DNA of 64,000 nucleotides, taken from a virus (Duplodnaviria > Caudoviricetes). Below are positions 10,218 to 20,382 of this stretch, piece after piece. The DNA is taken from the IMG/VR virus record IMGVR_UViG_3300025098_005131. One strand, given 5' to 3'. The stretch's first letter is position 1. The number at the start of each line of letters is the position of its first letter. The translations under genes and the position numbers were made by a program. The notes beneath the pieces are model-generated. The model was given only the letters and a program-made list of their open reading frames with translations, did not search any database and had not been told where the DNA came from.

Positions 10218-11840
10218 TTAGAATTCGCTATAATTATCAAATATCTCGCTTGTAGTGTTGTTTTTTGCGTAAGATTTAACCTTACTCCAGTCTTGGTCGA
10301 GAATGTAAGTTACAGCACTGTCATTTTCAGACCTAATACTTCTGCCTATACTTTGTATTATTGTCCTTAAAGTTTGTGTGCTATACCACCATTTCCACTT
10401 ATTCATTTTCTTTTTAACAGCCTTGTCGCCAAGAAATGGGAAAGGTACTTTACAAATCACTTGAAATTCTGAAAGTTTTCCTTTAAGATCAACACCTTCT
10501 GACATAGAAGGTGAAATCAGTACTGTATTGCCTTTACTGTTTATGTGCTTTTGAAGCATTTTTTCTCTATTTTCTCCATAAGCTAGTATTAGTCTTTTTG
10601 ATTTTATACTTTTCACTAAGTAATTAGCTATTTTCAAACTATGTGTATGTATTATACCTTTTTGTTTGTTGTGATTTTCCATTATTTTGCTGATCATCTC
10701 ACTCATAACAGGCAAAGTCTTATCTATGCATTTGTAAGACATGCTCCCTGCAGGACAAAACACAACAGGTCGATTTTCTTTTGGGAAAGGAGATGATTCT
10801 TTAATATAAATTGTATTTTCATAAGGTAGTCCTAATGATATAGAAAAGGACTCTTGTGATATGACTGTTGCTGACATAAATATTACATAGTCTGCGTAAT
10901 CAAACATATATTGTTTTGCGTAAGAAGATACGTCTACTGGCTTAAAAATAAATTTCTTGTATTTATCGTTTTTTTCTATATCGAATATCCAATTATCACT
11001 ATCATATATTTCAACAAATCTATTTATTTTCTGCTGGTGCGCAACTAGCATATCGTAGTGATTTGTGATTTTTTTAAATTCTTCTAGCTTTCTAGTAGTG
11101 ATTCCAAGTTTTTCAAGCTGTATTGATACAAAATTTATCTTATCAGTTACTTTTTTTAAATACTCGTTCTTGATCCATCTAAAAACTTGACCTTGAGTTT
11201 TTATTTCCTTAGGAATTTTAAGTTTTAAAATCTTTTCAGAGAAAAATTCGCTTACGTTTATTTCAATAAATCTTGTAAGTTCATTTTCTAAGTTATGCGC
11301 TTCATCTATTACTAATACCTTTTTATTAGGAAATTTTTTACTATAATTTTTTTCTGTTAAGAAAAAACTAAAGTTAGTAATACTTAAATCTTCTTCAATA
11401 AAAGACTTTCTCTTTTTTTTGTAAATGCAATCATAACTACATTCCTTATACGTTTTATTTTGATTGCTTGTTCTTATAGATGTTTGAATTTCTTTACAAG
11501 AAATGCTGTTTTTATCTCTTTTGCAAGTGTAGTTTTTAGAAGAGTAAAGTGATATTAACCCTTTATTTGAAAAATCTTTTTCATATTGATCTTGAAGAAT
11601 CTTCTGTGTTGTTAAAAAATAGCTTCCTTCTTGAAAGTTTCCTGTAAGACTTTTGTCACTATTTATATATTTAGCTAAAGTTAGTCCTATAGCGCTTTTA
11701 CCAATACCTGTTCCACAATCAACAATAATATACTTTTTGTTACTAGACAAAGAATTAATAATACTGTTGATCGATCTTTCTTGCTCTATTCTTGGCTTAG
11801 TGTAAGGAAAAAAATTGCTCCATTTTTCTTTATTATTCAA
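10218..11840 (-). CDS. SF2 DinG/XPD-like ATP-dependent helicase
   Basis: GTGIGKS, VIDEAHN, FMSAT, SPSMSEGVDLKG, KVPFP and QSIGRSIRS...YILD motifs. Confidence 0.9.
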   Translation of the reverse strand: MNNKEKWSNFFPYTKPRIEQERSINSIINSLSSNKKYIIVDCGTGIGKSAIGLTLAKYINSDKSLTGNFQEGSYFLTTQKILQDQYEKDFSNKGLISLYSSKNYTCKRDKNSISCKEIQTSIRTSNQNKTYKECSYDCIYKKKRKSFIEEDLSITNFSFFLTEKNYSKKFPNKKVLVIDEAHNLENELTRFIEINVSEFFSEKILKLKIPKEIKTQGQVFRWIKNEYLKKVTDKINFVSIQLEKLGITTRKLEEFKKITNHYDMLVAHQQKINRFVEIYDSDNWIFDIEKNDKYKKFIFKPVDVSSYAKQYMFDYADYVIFMSATVISQESFSISLGLPYENTIYIKESSPFPKENRPVVFCPAGSMSYKCIDKTLPVMSEMISKIMENHNKQKGIIHTHSLKIANYLVKSIKSKRLILAYGENREKMLQKHINSKGNTVLISPSMSEGVDLKGKLSEFQVICKVPFPFLGDKAVKKKMNKWKWWYSTQTLRTIIQSIGRSIRSENDSAVTYILDQDWSKVKSYAKNNTTSEIFDNYSEF

Positions 11841-11902
11841 TTTTATTATACTCTTTGATTTATATTAATTCAAAGAAAAATTATATTACAAAAAATACAA
11901 AT

Positions 11903-12409
11903 TTACAATTTATTAATATTTTTTATGAAAAAGTTGTTTATTGCTATATTCGCATCGCTTTCATCATCAAACCTTGTGTATTCATAATAATCTTCTTCTT
12001 CATCGTCATTTATTGTGCTTCTCTGCGTATTTGTATCAACTCCAACTTCAAAGTTTACGTTGTTATTTTTTGAAAGAATTTTTTTTTTAGTTATGTTACC
12101 ACTATCACCTACCAAATGAGAAGAATAATTCCTACCTGGCTCCTCATTAATTTTTTTTGTAATACTTTCCACAATTAAGTCAATATCATTATTTCTAAAA
12201 AGTCTTTCATGAGAATTTTCATAAATATTAAAAATAATTTTTTTTATGTCTTTTTTTGTTAGCTTTTGTGTAATAGTTAAAATATCTTTTAAGCTATTTG
12301 ATAAGTAAAGAGATTGGGATTCGCTTAAAAGTAGAGAACAGCCATTGATATCAATAACTATATTTTTATTTGTTTTTTTCATTTTTGTTATCCTTGTCAA
12401 ATATATCAA
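11903..12409 (-). CDS. Hypothetical protein with acidic tail
   Basis: ORF track 168 aa. Confidence 0.55.
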   Translation of the reverse strand: MIYLTRITKMKKTNKNIVIDINGCSLLLSESQSLYLSNSLKDILTITQKLTKKDIKKIIFNIYENSHERLFRNNDIDLIVESITKKINEEPGRNYSSHLVGDSGNITKKKILSKNNNVNFEVGVDTNTQRSTINDDEEEDYYEYTRFDDESDANIAINNFFIKNINKL

Positions 12410-12629
12410 CTGCAGCCGTAATATATTTGTCTAAAGCAGCCTGACCTAGAATGTAACCTATTTGTATTATACCACTTGTAATTACAACGGTCAATAAAAA
12501 AGTAAGTTCTTCTGGATCAAGTTTAGATTGTAAATGTGCAAGCATGTATAAAATAATTATTTTCCATCCGAGATCAGCTAGTAAATAAGCTAAAAATTTT
12601 TTACTTTTCAAAGGTGTTTTATCGAACAT
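12366..12629 (-). CDS. Small two-TM membrane protein (holin-like)
   Basis: KSKKFLAYLL... and ...GYILGQAALD; two hydrophobic helices and a charged C-terminus. Confidence 0.5.
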   Translation of the reverse strand: MFDKTPLKSKKFLAYLLADLGWKIIILYMLAHLQSKLDPEELTFLLTVVITSGIIQIGYILGQAALDKYITAAVDIFDKDNKNEKNK

Positions 12630-12753
12630 AAGCCTTTATCTTTCTTTATTCATCGATATTAAATATTTATTATGTATAAAAGAATCTCATATAAAATACA
12701 ATAATCTTTTTTTATTGTAAACGCACTGTCATGTCAAAGAAAGATTTTTTAAA

Positions 12754-13632
12754 ATGTCATTTGAAATAGATAAAAACATTATAGAAGCAAACATAGCAAT
12801 AGTATTAACAGATATTATTGGAAGTACTAGATTTGTTCAAAAAAATGGTTCTTACGTAGCAGCAACGTGGTTTAAGATACACGACAAGGCAGTCATGAAT
12901 TTTATTGCTAGACATAACGGTCAACTTATTGATGCTTCTGACGGTCATCTAATGATGTTTCCGTCAGTATCAAATGCGATAGGTTTTGCATTTGACTATA
13001 AAAAGTATCTTAGGAAAAAGAAGTTTCCTTTTAGAAGCAGAGTAGGAATACATTGGGACAAAATGCTCATAGTAAAGTCTGAAGCGCATATCGTCAGAGC
13101 AGGCGGGAAAAGAATAAATCTAGAAGGCATTGGTAAAAATATTGCTGCAAGAACTATGTCAATATGTGGTGAAGAACAAATTTTGCTTTCAAAGTCAGCT
13201 TTTATACAGTATAAAAAATATGGTCATAGAAGTATGTTTATTCCTAAGAAAGCACAAGCTGCACTAGTTGGGTTATATAAGTTTAAAGGTGTCTCTAATC
13301 CTGAATCTATTTATGCAATTGGTTTAATAGAAGCACAACTACAACCTCCATCAAGTGGAGAAAAAGCTAAAAGAATTGGTGGCGCAAAAAAAATAAGAAC
13401 AAGACTCAGAAATAAAACTTTAAAAGAAATTTTTTGGTGGATAATGTATCGTCTATCTTTTACTATTCTTTGCTATTTTTCCTGGGGTTTAATTAAAACA
13501 GCAAATACTTTTCACGGTAACGCAATATTCTATACAATGACAGGAATAGATTTGAAAAGTTATATTGGATGGGTTTATCCTTTTTTAAAAGAAATATATA
13601 TATTTTTATATAATACATTAACAGGATCTTAG
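12754..13632 (+). CDS. Class III nucleotidyl (adenylate/guanylate) cyclase with C-terminal TM segment
   Basis: AIVLTDIIGSTR, IDASDGHLMMF, RVGIHWD and KNIAARTMSICGEEQILLS motifs; hydrophobic C-terminus. Confidence 0.88.
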   Translation: MSFEIDKNIIEANIAIVLTDIIGSTRFVQKNGSYVAATWFKIHDKAVMNFIARHNGQLIDASDGHLMMFPSVSNAIGFAFDYKKYLRKKKFPFRSRVGIHWDKMLIVKSEAHIVRAGGKRINLEGIGKNIAARTMSICGEEQILLSKSAFIQYKKYGHRSMFIPKKAQAALVGLYKFKGVSNPESIYAIGLIEAQLQPPSSGEKAKRIGGAKKIRTRLRNKTLKEIFWWIMYRLSFTILCYFSWGLIKTANTFHGNAIFYTMTGIDLKSYIGWVYPFLKEIYIFLYNTLTGS

Positions 13633-13635
13633 ATA

Positions 13636-14106
13636 ATGTCTGACGAGAAAAAAACAAACAAACAATTTACAAAAAGCGATAAAGCTAAAAGAGGTTGGTG
13701 GGCAAGTGTCGTATTTATGTTTTGCATCTGTGAACTTATATATTTTCTATCTACAACAAAAATAGTTGAAGAAAACAGGGATATATTAATTGGTATTATC
13801 GGCATGCTCACAGGCAGTATTTCGTCAATGCTTGCCATAGCTTCTGGTAGAGATCCTTCTGAAGTTGAAGAATTAAAAGATAAACTTGCAACTGCTAACG
13901 CTGATCGAGCTGCATTAATAGCACGTCTGCGTGATTCTCAAATCCAAATGCAGTTATTAAGAGAACAAATATTTGAATTACAAAATGCTGTAATAGATAA
14001 ACTTTCTGTTTTTCAAAATGAAAAACCTATTAAAACAAAGGATCAATCTCAAGTTATACTACATCCTGAAGTCGATGAATGGATGCCAAAAATTGATAAA
14101 AAATAA
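13636..14106 (+). CDS. Two-TM plus coiled-coil protein
   Basis: Hydrophobic segments WWASVVFMFCICELIYFL and ILIGIIGMLTGSISSMLAI, then heptad-rich region. Starts 3 nt after the cyclase stop. Confidence 0.75.
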   Translation: MSDEKKTNKQFTKSDKAKRGWWASVVFMFCICELIYFLSTTKIVEENRDILIGIIGMLTGSISSMLAIASGRDPSEVEELKDKLATANADRAALIARLRDSQIQMQLLREQIFELQNAVIDKLSVFQNEKPIKTKDQSQVILHPEVDEWMPKIDKK

Positions 14107-14124
14107 GAAGTAAATGTTTTTTAA

Positions 14125-14418
14125 CTAAACATTCCACCACTCATCAAAAGAACCAAATATTATTTTTTCATACAAACTCTCAGGAATACTTCCAACACAA
14201 TCATAACTAAACCACTCACCTTCGAGTCGATATCTATCAAGTCTTTCGTGCACTATTTTTTCTTTCCACCCTTCTCCTTTAAACGAAGCAATTAATTTTA
14301 ACTTGTTAGGATTTCCAGTTTGAAGCTGTTTTAATCTTTTTTGCGGATTTCTAGATCTACCTATTTTTATCATACCAGTCATATCAGACTGAATAATATA
14401 TAAATCGTCATTATTCAT
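14125..14418 (-). CDS. GIY-YIG / T5orf172-type nuclease
   Basis: LYIIQ...IKIGRSRNPQKRLKQLQTGNP...EKIVHERLDRYRLEGEWF. Confidence 0.88.
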   Translation of the reverse strand: MNNDDLYIIQSDMTGMIKIGRSRNPQKRLKQLQTGNPNKLKLIASFKGEGWKEKIVHERLDRYRLEGEWFSYDCVGSIPESLYEKIIFGSFDEWWNV

Positions 14419-14492
14419 ATTACTTCTTTCTAAAATTAATTAAAACATTTTATAATTATCTTATAATAAAAAACAAAAAGGTACAGACAAAT

Positions 14493-15905
14493 ATGATTAT
14501 AATTGCTGAAAATAAACATAATCACTACTTACTCAAAAACTTCTATAAAGAAATATCTAAAGTAGATATAAATGAAAGTTTAAGAAAAGATCAAGCAGGA
14601 GAGCACACAGCGCTAGATATTAGTGCTTTAGACTTAAATGATACTATAATTGACAATCCAATAATAACTGATAATTTAGAAACAAAGGTAGACAAAGAAG
14701 ACCTGATAAAAGCTTCACAGTTAAAGCCTAAAATGAAAAATTTACTTTCTTTATTTAACCTTAAAAAAGGCTTAAAAATATCAGCATTGGCTGCAGCTTT
14801 GTTTTTTAGTGGCGATACTCCAGATGAAGAATTTAAAGCTTTAAGACAAATTGCTAATGATAACAATATTGAAGTGCAACAAGTAATAAAAGTTATTAAC
14901 AACAAACCAAAAGAAACAGTTTATAGTGCAACATCTAATGTGTCTAAAGAAAATCAAAAAACAAAGATGAAAAATGTAAGTTTAAGCGAAAAGTCAAAGT
15001 TATTAGCAAGATCTAAAACAAGGATAAAAAACTTTGAAGGGTTTAAACCCTATCCCTACAAAGATAGAGATGGAGTTTCAATAGGCTACGGTACTTTTTT
15101 TATTGACAATATCGAACCAGACAACTTGCCTGAAAATTGGGTTGATAACTTGTATAAAAAATGCAACATATCTGATAGTGAAAAAAGTCAGTATGAGCAA
15201 GAAAATCAAAAAGAATTACTTAAACACTTTAGCGAGACAATCAAAGCAAAAAAAACAAAAATTGATAAAATAATTTTAAGAGTTAACAATAAAATTAAAC
15301 TAAAAAATGCTGAACTTAAAAAATGGAAAAAAATAAAAGATACGAAAAAAAGAAAAAGGTATACTGACACTGTTGAAGCTGAAATTGAAAGATTAGGAGA
15401 AAGAAAAGATTCTTTAGAAAATCAAAAAAACGATCTCGATTTAGAAAAAGAAACTGCAGAATCGAGAGGATTTATATCAGCAGAATTAGCAGAAGAATGT
15501 CTAAATAGATATATTAACCAATCAATAGATTATCATAATACTAACTCAGATGTTTTTAAAAAATATTTTTTCCAGATGGATAAAGATGTGCAAGATGTAA
15601 TTATTGACATGTCTTATAATGTAGGTATGTATTTCTTAGAAGAAGAATTTCCTAACTTTCAAGGCTTTGTTAAAAAATATATTAATTCAATTGCAGACAA
15701 TAATGACCAATTAGAAATCCAGTCTCTGAAAAATATGTTTGAAGAAATCAAGAATCGATCTCCTGAATATCATGCACAACAATCTTCAAATAAAAGAGCA
15801 GAAAAAAATACAAATTTATTAAAAAGAGCACATGAAAGAGCAAAAAATAATTTAAAAGAAAATTTGTATTCTTTAAAGTCAGTTTATAATATACTTTATA
15901 GCTAA
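14493..15905 (+). CDS. Lysozyme (GH24/T4-lysozyme-like) with long N-terminal extension and internal coiled coil
   Basis: RIKNFEGFKPYPYKDRDGVSIGYGT catalytic region; VIIDMSYNVG and ...KRAEKN C-terminal lobe. Confidence 0.8.
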   Translation: MIIIAENKHNHYLLKNFYKEISKVDINESLRKDQAGEHTALDISALDLNDTIIDNPIITDNLETKVDKEDLIKASQLKPKMKNLLSLFNLKKGLKISALAAALFFSGDTPDEEFKALRQIANDNNIEVQQVIKVINNKPKETVYSATSNVSKENQKTKMKNVSLSEKSKLLARSKTRIKNFEGFKPYPYKDRDGVSIGYGTFFIDNIEPDNLPENWVDNLYKKCNISDSEKSQYEQENQKELLKHFSETIKAKKTKIDKIILRVNNKIKLKNAELKKWKKIKDTKKRKRYTDTVEAEIERLGERKDSLENQKNDLDLEKETAESRGFISAELAEECLNRYINQSIDYHNTNSDVFKKYFFQMDKDVQDVIIDMSYNVGMYFLEEEFPNFQGFVKKYINSIADNNDQLEIQSLKNMFEEIKNRSPEYHAQQSSNKRAEKNTNLLKRAHERAKNNLKENLYSLKSVYNILYS

Positions 15906-15919
15906 TAAGGAGTTATAAT

Positions 15920-16684
15920 TTGAAATTAAATTATTTATCAACTATTTTTTTTGTTTGTATTTTCAATATAAACATAACTTTTTCTCAAGTCAACATAGAA
16001 TCTATTAGAAGTCAAAATAAAGACACAGTTTTCTGGGGTGAGGCTAAAGGAGGACTTGAATTACAAAGAGGTAATGTTGATATTACTGCTTTTGACTCAG
16101 ATATTCTAGTTCATTTTAAAAAAAATAAGCATCATACTTTTTTGCAAACAAAATCTTCACAAGGACGTCAATCAGACAAGAAATTTAAAAACAACTCGTT
16201 TGCACATCTTAGATGGACATGGATGACTTGGAAGATTTTAGGTTTTGAGTTGTTTACACAGATACAGCAAGATGAATTTAAAGCACTCAATATAAGACAG
16301 TTAAATGGTATAGGCCTAAGATCTGAGATAATTCAATCAAAAAATCTTTCTTTAAGCTTAGGCACAGGAGTAATGACAGATTATGAAATGTTAAAAGATA
16401 GAAAAGAAAGCACTTTAATTCGTAGCACGTCTTATATTACCATGGCAAAATCAGTTTCAAAAGATAAAAAGAATTTAATCCTGTTTACACTTTATTATCA
16501 ACCGCTATTTACCAATCAAGAAGACTATAGAATCAATCTAGAAGCAAACGTCAGAACAATTTTAATATCTTCTTGGAACATATCTTTAGATAACTCTTTA
16601 AAGTATATGTACGATACAAAGCCACCAGAAGATATTTTGACTAACGACATCGTGATAAAAACAAGTCTACTTTACACTTGGTAG
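15920..16684 (+). CDS. DUF481-type outer-membrane beta-barrel
   Basis: Signal peptide then QVNIESIR; FTQIQQDEFKAL; YYQPLFTNQEDYRI; YMYDTKPP; aromatic C-terminal residue. Confidence 0.75.
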   Translation: MKLNYLSTIFFVCIFNINITFSQVNIESIRSQNKDTVFWGEAKGGLELQRGNVDITAFDSDILVHFKKNKHHTFLQTKSSQGRQSDKKFKNNSFAHLRWTWMTWKILGFELFTQIQQDEFKALNIRQLNGIGLRSEIIQSKNLSLSLGTGVMTDYEMLKDRKESTLIRSTSYITMAKSVSKDKKNLILFTLYYQPLFTNQEDYRINLEANVRTILISSWNISLDNSLKYMYDTKPPEDILTNDIVIKTSLLYTW

Positions 16685-16706
16685 TTATACATGATAAATA
16701 ATTGTC

Positions 16707-17597
16707 TCACAATAAATTATTAAAGTCAAAATTACCGTTTGATTTATCAAACATTTTGCTTCTAAGTCTATCATGATGTGAACCAGACTTTAAAGTATCA
16801 GGTAAGACAAAGAAAAAAACAAGTGATGCCTTTTTATGAGCTATTTCACTTTTAAAGTATTCTCTATGCACAAGACGCCCAGATCTAACAGATTTAAAAT
16901 TTACGTCGTCATCTGTATTAATATCTGCAGGATTAATTTTTCCTACTCCTTCGACTCCTTCATAAGACTCACCGGACGACATTTTTTTTGACGCAAATTT
17001 TTTTATTTTACCCATTCTTGTACTTCCAACAGCAGTTTCTGCTATATCATACATGTCTTCGATTTCTCTGTCACTCATTTCACTTATAGACCTTGCTACT
17101 TCTTTATTGAATTTATCTGCTAAATCATTAGAATTATCACGTCTCGCTTTTTTAGCCAATTTAGATAACGGCCCACGGTGCTCAATAGAAAGCTTTAATA
17201 TTGCAAGCTCTCTAGCATTCATGTTTCTTGCATCATCTGAACCGTATATTAAAATGTTAGAGTTTTTTTCCCCATTTTCATTATATTCAGCACAAGTCTT
17301 TTCAGCACCTTCTTTACTTTTTGCAAGAATAGTCATATAACCATTGTCACCTGACACATTATAAGCTGATATTGCACCGTCTGTTCTATTCTCTACTGAA
17401 ATTGAGATTTCATCTTGAATCGTAGATGTAGGAACTGCTTCAGCATAATTTGGCACTAAAGCTGCTGCTGACATTGCTAAAGTTAAAAGTGTATTTTTTA
17501 AATTTATTTCATTTAGCATTTGATTTTCGCTATATAAATCATCATTTAGCATTTTTCGCCAGTTTTCTACTAAAAGTTTTGTTTCTTGTTTATTCAT
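16707..17597 (-). CDS. Putative internal virion protein (leader family)
   Basis: N-terminus MNKQETKLLVENWRKMLN...MLNE, followed by a hydrophobic helix. Confidence 0.65.
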   Translation of the reverse strand: MNKQETKLLVENWRKMLNDDLYSENQMLNEINLKNTLLTLAMSAAALVPNYAEAVPTSTIQDEISISVENRTDGAISAYNVSGDNGYMTILAKSKEGAEKTCAEYNENGEKNSNILIYGSDDARNMNARELAILKLSIEHRGPLSKLAKKARRDNSNDLADKFNKEVARSISEMSDREIEDMYDIAETAVGSTRMGKIKKFASKKMSSGESYEGVEGVGKINPADINTDDDVNFKSVRSGRLVHREYFKSEIAHKKASLVFFFVLPDTLKSGSHHDRLRSKMFDKSNGNFDFNNLL

Positions 17598-17635
17598 TTC
17601 GTCTTTACCGCTCTTTTTATACTATATATTCTACT

Positions 17636-19300
17636 TTAGTCAAAATTTGAATCTATCAAAATTATCAAGTTATCCATTTGAGAAATTACGTATTCTTTGT
17701 CATAGGCTTTTTTAGCTCCTAATTCAATACCCATTAAACTAGATAGTTTTTGTGAAATATCATTATCAACATCATTTTGTAAAAGACTTTTCTGCCATTC
17801 ACCGTAAGCTTGAATATCAAAGTTTTTCTTTTCATACTTATCGTAAAAAACATTTTTCTTAGTTATCTTTTTTACCTTTTTTAAGGTCTTAATCAAAGTA
17901 GACTTGTCCATCTTAAGACCCTCAATTAAACTATGATGTATTGTTTCTACTCTCTCTTCAAGACTGTGCAAATAAATATCCCACCAACCAGAGCTAACTT
18001 CTAACTTAAAACTTCCATCTTCTAACGCTTTTATGCACCCTGAGCCTATTAACATATTTATAAAAAGTTTAGAGTTTTCTATTAACTTTTTTTGACCACT
18101 TTCGTTTAAATCGTTAATGTCTGAAATGTTGAAATTATATTGACTTGAAACTTTTTTTAACAAAAAGTCGGTTACGTCTTTAAGCGTAATTTTTTCTTTT
18201 TGATTACTATGCATATTTTCCATAAAATCATAATATGAATTATTAATATTTTCTCTAACATCGTCAATATTCATGCTAATAACATGCCCCAGCTCATGCT
18301 CGACAACAGCTTCTGATGCGCTTGGTGATAGCAAAATTAAACCTCCATGCTCGCCTGTGTCTATATTTTCTAGCGATATTGTTATACCCTTCATATCTTC
18401 AGAATTTAGAGTTTTATCTAATGCTTTATTTAATAAAAAAGTAAAATAGTGATAAGGATATGTTAAACCTTTTTCTGTTTTATTTTTTATCATCTTAAAA
18501 AAACTATTAGATACTTCTTGTAATATTTTATTTTTTAGATCTGGAAAATCTTTTCCATTTTTTTTCACAGACAGTTTATCTTCAAAAAAAACTTTAGTAA
18601 TAATATCTGCATAGTTTTTATAATTTCCAGGTTTCATAATTCCGACGTGCAAATCAAAATCGCTTGCTACGTTAACCTTTATAATATCACTACTTTTATT
18701 TTTATACAATTTTGTCACAGAATCATAAATTTCTTTTGTTACTTTTTCGCTAGACTCTGGATTTAGACATTGCGCTGTTACTTTAGTATAAACTCCTTGA
18801 AATAGCTTGTTAACTTTTTGATTTTCTACGCTATCTAAGCCTTTTTTAAAAGATTTTCTAAAAAGATCTTCAATATCAGCTTCATTTGATTTATTAAATA
18901 TTTTATCAAAAACATTTCTATCTTTGTTTAAATCTTTTGGATTAAATAATTTAAACTTATTAACAACTTTACAAGCTTGCTTAAAGTCGTTTTCATCAAA
19001 ATCTTCAGTGCTAATTTTGTCATGCTCATCTGCAGCAGCTTGCACTTGCGAATATGTCGGTAAATTATTTTCACTGCCGTCATGAGCGTGTGCCACATCT
19101 GTATATAATGATATTGTTTTAATTAAAAGTATAGGAATCAATACAGAATTTTTTATTCCTTTAGCTCTTAGATTTTTTAAAAAATTTTCATTAATTAGAT
19201 TTCTTTGAGTTAAATTTTCTTCAAGGATACAGATTTTATCCTCAGCAAGTAAATAGTTGTTCCAGTTTTCTACTAGAAGTTTATATTCTCTATTATTCAT
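17636..19300 (-). CDS. Putative internal virion protein with HExxH metallopeptidase motif
   Basis: N-terminus MNNREYKLLVENWNNYLLAE; VVEHELGHVIS; later EERVE. Confidence 0.65.
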   Translation of the reverse strand: MNNREYKLLVENWNNYLLAEDKICILEENLTQRNLINENFLKNLRAKGIKNSVLIPILLIKTISLYTDVAHAHDGSENNLPTYSQVQAAADEHDKISTEDFDENDFKQACKVVNKFKLFNPKDLNKDRNVFDKIFNKSNEADIEDLFRKSFKKGLDSVENQKVNKLFQGVYTKVTAQCLNPESSEKVTKEIYDSVTKLYKNKSSDIIKVNVASDFDLHVGIMKPGNYKNYADIITKVFFEDKLSVKKNGKDFPDLKNKILQEVSNSFFKMIKNKTEKGLTYPYHYFTFLLNKALDKTLNSEDMKGITISLENIDTGEHGGLILLSPSASEAVVEHELGHVISMNIDDVRENINNSYYDFMENMHSNQKEKITLKDVTDFLLKKVSSQYNFNISDINDLNESGQKKLIENSKLFINMLIGSGCIKALEDGSFKLEVSSGWWDIYLHSLEERVETIHHSLIEGLKMDKSTLIKTLKKVKKITKKNVFYDKYEKKNFDIQAYGEWQKSLLQNDVDNDISQKLSSLMGIELGAKKAYDKEYVISQMDNLIILIDSNFD

Positions 19301-19312
19301 TTTTTAATAACT

Positions 19313-19555
19313 TTAATTGTTTTCTATATAAAACAATATACCTTTACAACTATCTATTTTTTTAATTTCATTTAAAGATGAATCACCACAACTTTTAATA
19401 TAGTCAAAGGCACCTCTATGTAATCCCATGCAATCTGTTACGATGTCTTTTATTTGCTTGCACTCAGATTCTACTTCTACCTCTTGCTTTTTCTCTGAAC
19501 ATGAAACTGTTGAAGCAAAGAAAAAAGCAAAACAAATTATTATTTTTTTTAACAT
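19313..19555 (-). CDS. Small Cys-patterned lipoprotein (paralog of 20383-20628)
   Basis: Lipobox-like TVSC; C..I...V..C.G...C...C pattern. Confidence 0.6.
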   Translation of the reverse strand: MLKKIIICFAFFFASTVSCSEKKQEVEVESECKQIKDIVTDCMGLHRGAFDYIKSCGDSSLNEIKKIDSCKGILFYIENN

Positions 19556-19590
19556 TGTAAACCTTCTTATATTAACTTAATATAAATATT

Positions 19591-19734
19591 ATGAATTATA
19601 AAATAAATCACACGCAGTTAACATGTATTAATATATTAATAAAAATATTGCAAGAAGCAATTAATAGAAAATGCTTTGACGAAGAAGAAATTAAAAAAAT
19701 TTACAAAACTGTAGAAAAATTAACAAAAACCTAA
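19591..19734 (+). CDS. Small hypothetical protein (47 aa, not in ORF track)
   Basis: MNYKINHTQLTCINILIKILQEAINRKCFDEEEIKKIYKTVEKLTKT*, translated by hand. Confidence 0.4.
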   Translation: MNYKINHTQLTCINILIKILQEAINRKCFDEEEIKKIYKTVEKLTKT

Positions 19735-19970
19735 TTACAACTGCAATCTTTAATTTTATCATTAGCTAAAATAATTAAACTATGAAGCTTTTCATTAACT
19801 GCTTGCAGACTTTTATAATCTTCTTCTAGTTTTTCAACTTTTTCATTTAAGTCATCAATAGAAGTTGTATCTTTAGAAATAAAGGCAGTCCCTAACGACG
19901 TCACTGATGTTATTACTGCTAGAGAAACTGCTAACCACATATTTTTATTGCTATTGTTCACTTCAGACAT
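19731..19970 (-). CDS. TM plus coiled-coil small protein
   Basis: MWLAVSLAVITSVTSLGTAFI followed by heptads. Confidence 0.6.
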   Translation of the reverse strand: MSEVNNSNKNMWLAVSLAVITSVTSLGTAFISKDTTSIDDLNEKVEKLEEDYKSLQAVNEKLHSLIILANDKIKDCSCN

Positions 19971-19995
19971 GTTTTTTTACCTCAGTTTAAAAAAA

Positions 19996-20328
19996 TTAGG
20001 CGCCACAACAAATATCACAAATATCACAGCATTTTGCACATGCACAAATTTGATCTAAGCAATCACAACATCCTTCCATGTCACCATCACATACGCATTT
20101 GCATAATTGTTTGCAAAGATCACACATTTCAGGGTTTTGTGAACAAATCATTGTGCACATCATGAACAACTTTTGTGCATCCATTCCCATACAAGCTTGT
20201 GCTTTTTGCATCATTGAATGTCCTGTGCTTGGTGTTGAATGCATTACTGGCATAGAAACCATTTCGTGATGCATCTCGTTCATTGTTCTCTTTATGACTC
20301 TTCTTAACTGCTTTTCTGTTATTCTCAT
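19996..20328 (-). CDS. Cys/Met-rich putative metal-binding protein with leader
   Basis: Likely start MRITEKQLRRVIKRTMNE (AAAGGA upstream); 18 Cys and 15 Met in 110 aa. Confidence 0.7.
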   Translation of the reverse strand: MRITEKQLRRVIKRTMNEMHHEMVSMPVMHSTPSTGHSMMQKAQACMGMDAQKLFMMCTMICSQNPEMCDLCKQLCKCVCDGDMEGCCDCLDQICACAKCCDICDICCGA

Positions 20329-20382
20329 TTTAAATCCTTTTCCTGGTCTGTTTATTATATATATTTTAAAAAACAAAAACTG

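Noticed and set aside
11845-11873. Canonical TTGAAT-N17-TATAAT promoter for the helicase (minus strand)
   Set aside because: The -10 ends only 4 nt before the TTG start, so the start codon would fall at or upstream of the expected TSS. It may be a chance match in AT-rich DNA.
12366-15905. Classical holin-endolysin lysis cassette
   Set aside because: The holin-like gene and lysozyme are on opposite strands and separated by three genes, and the lysozyme looks virion-associated.
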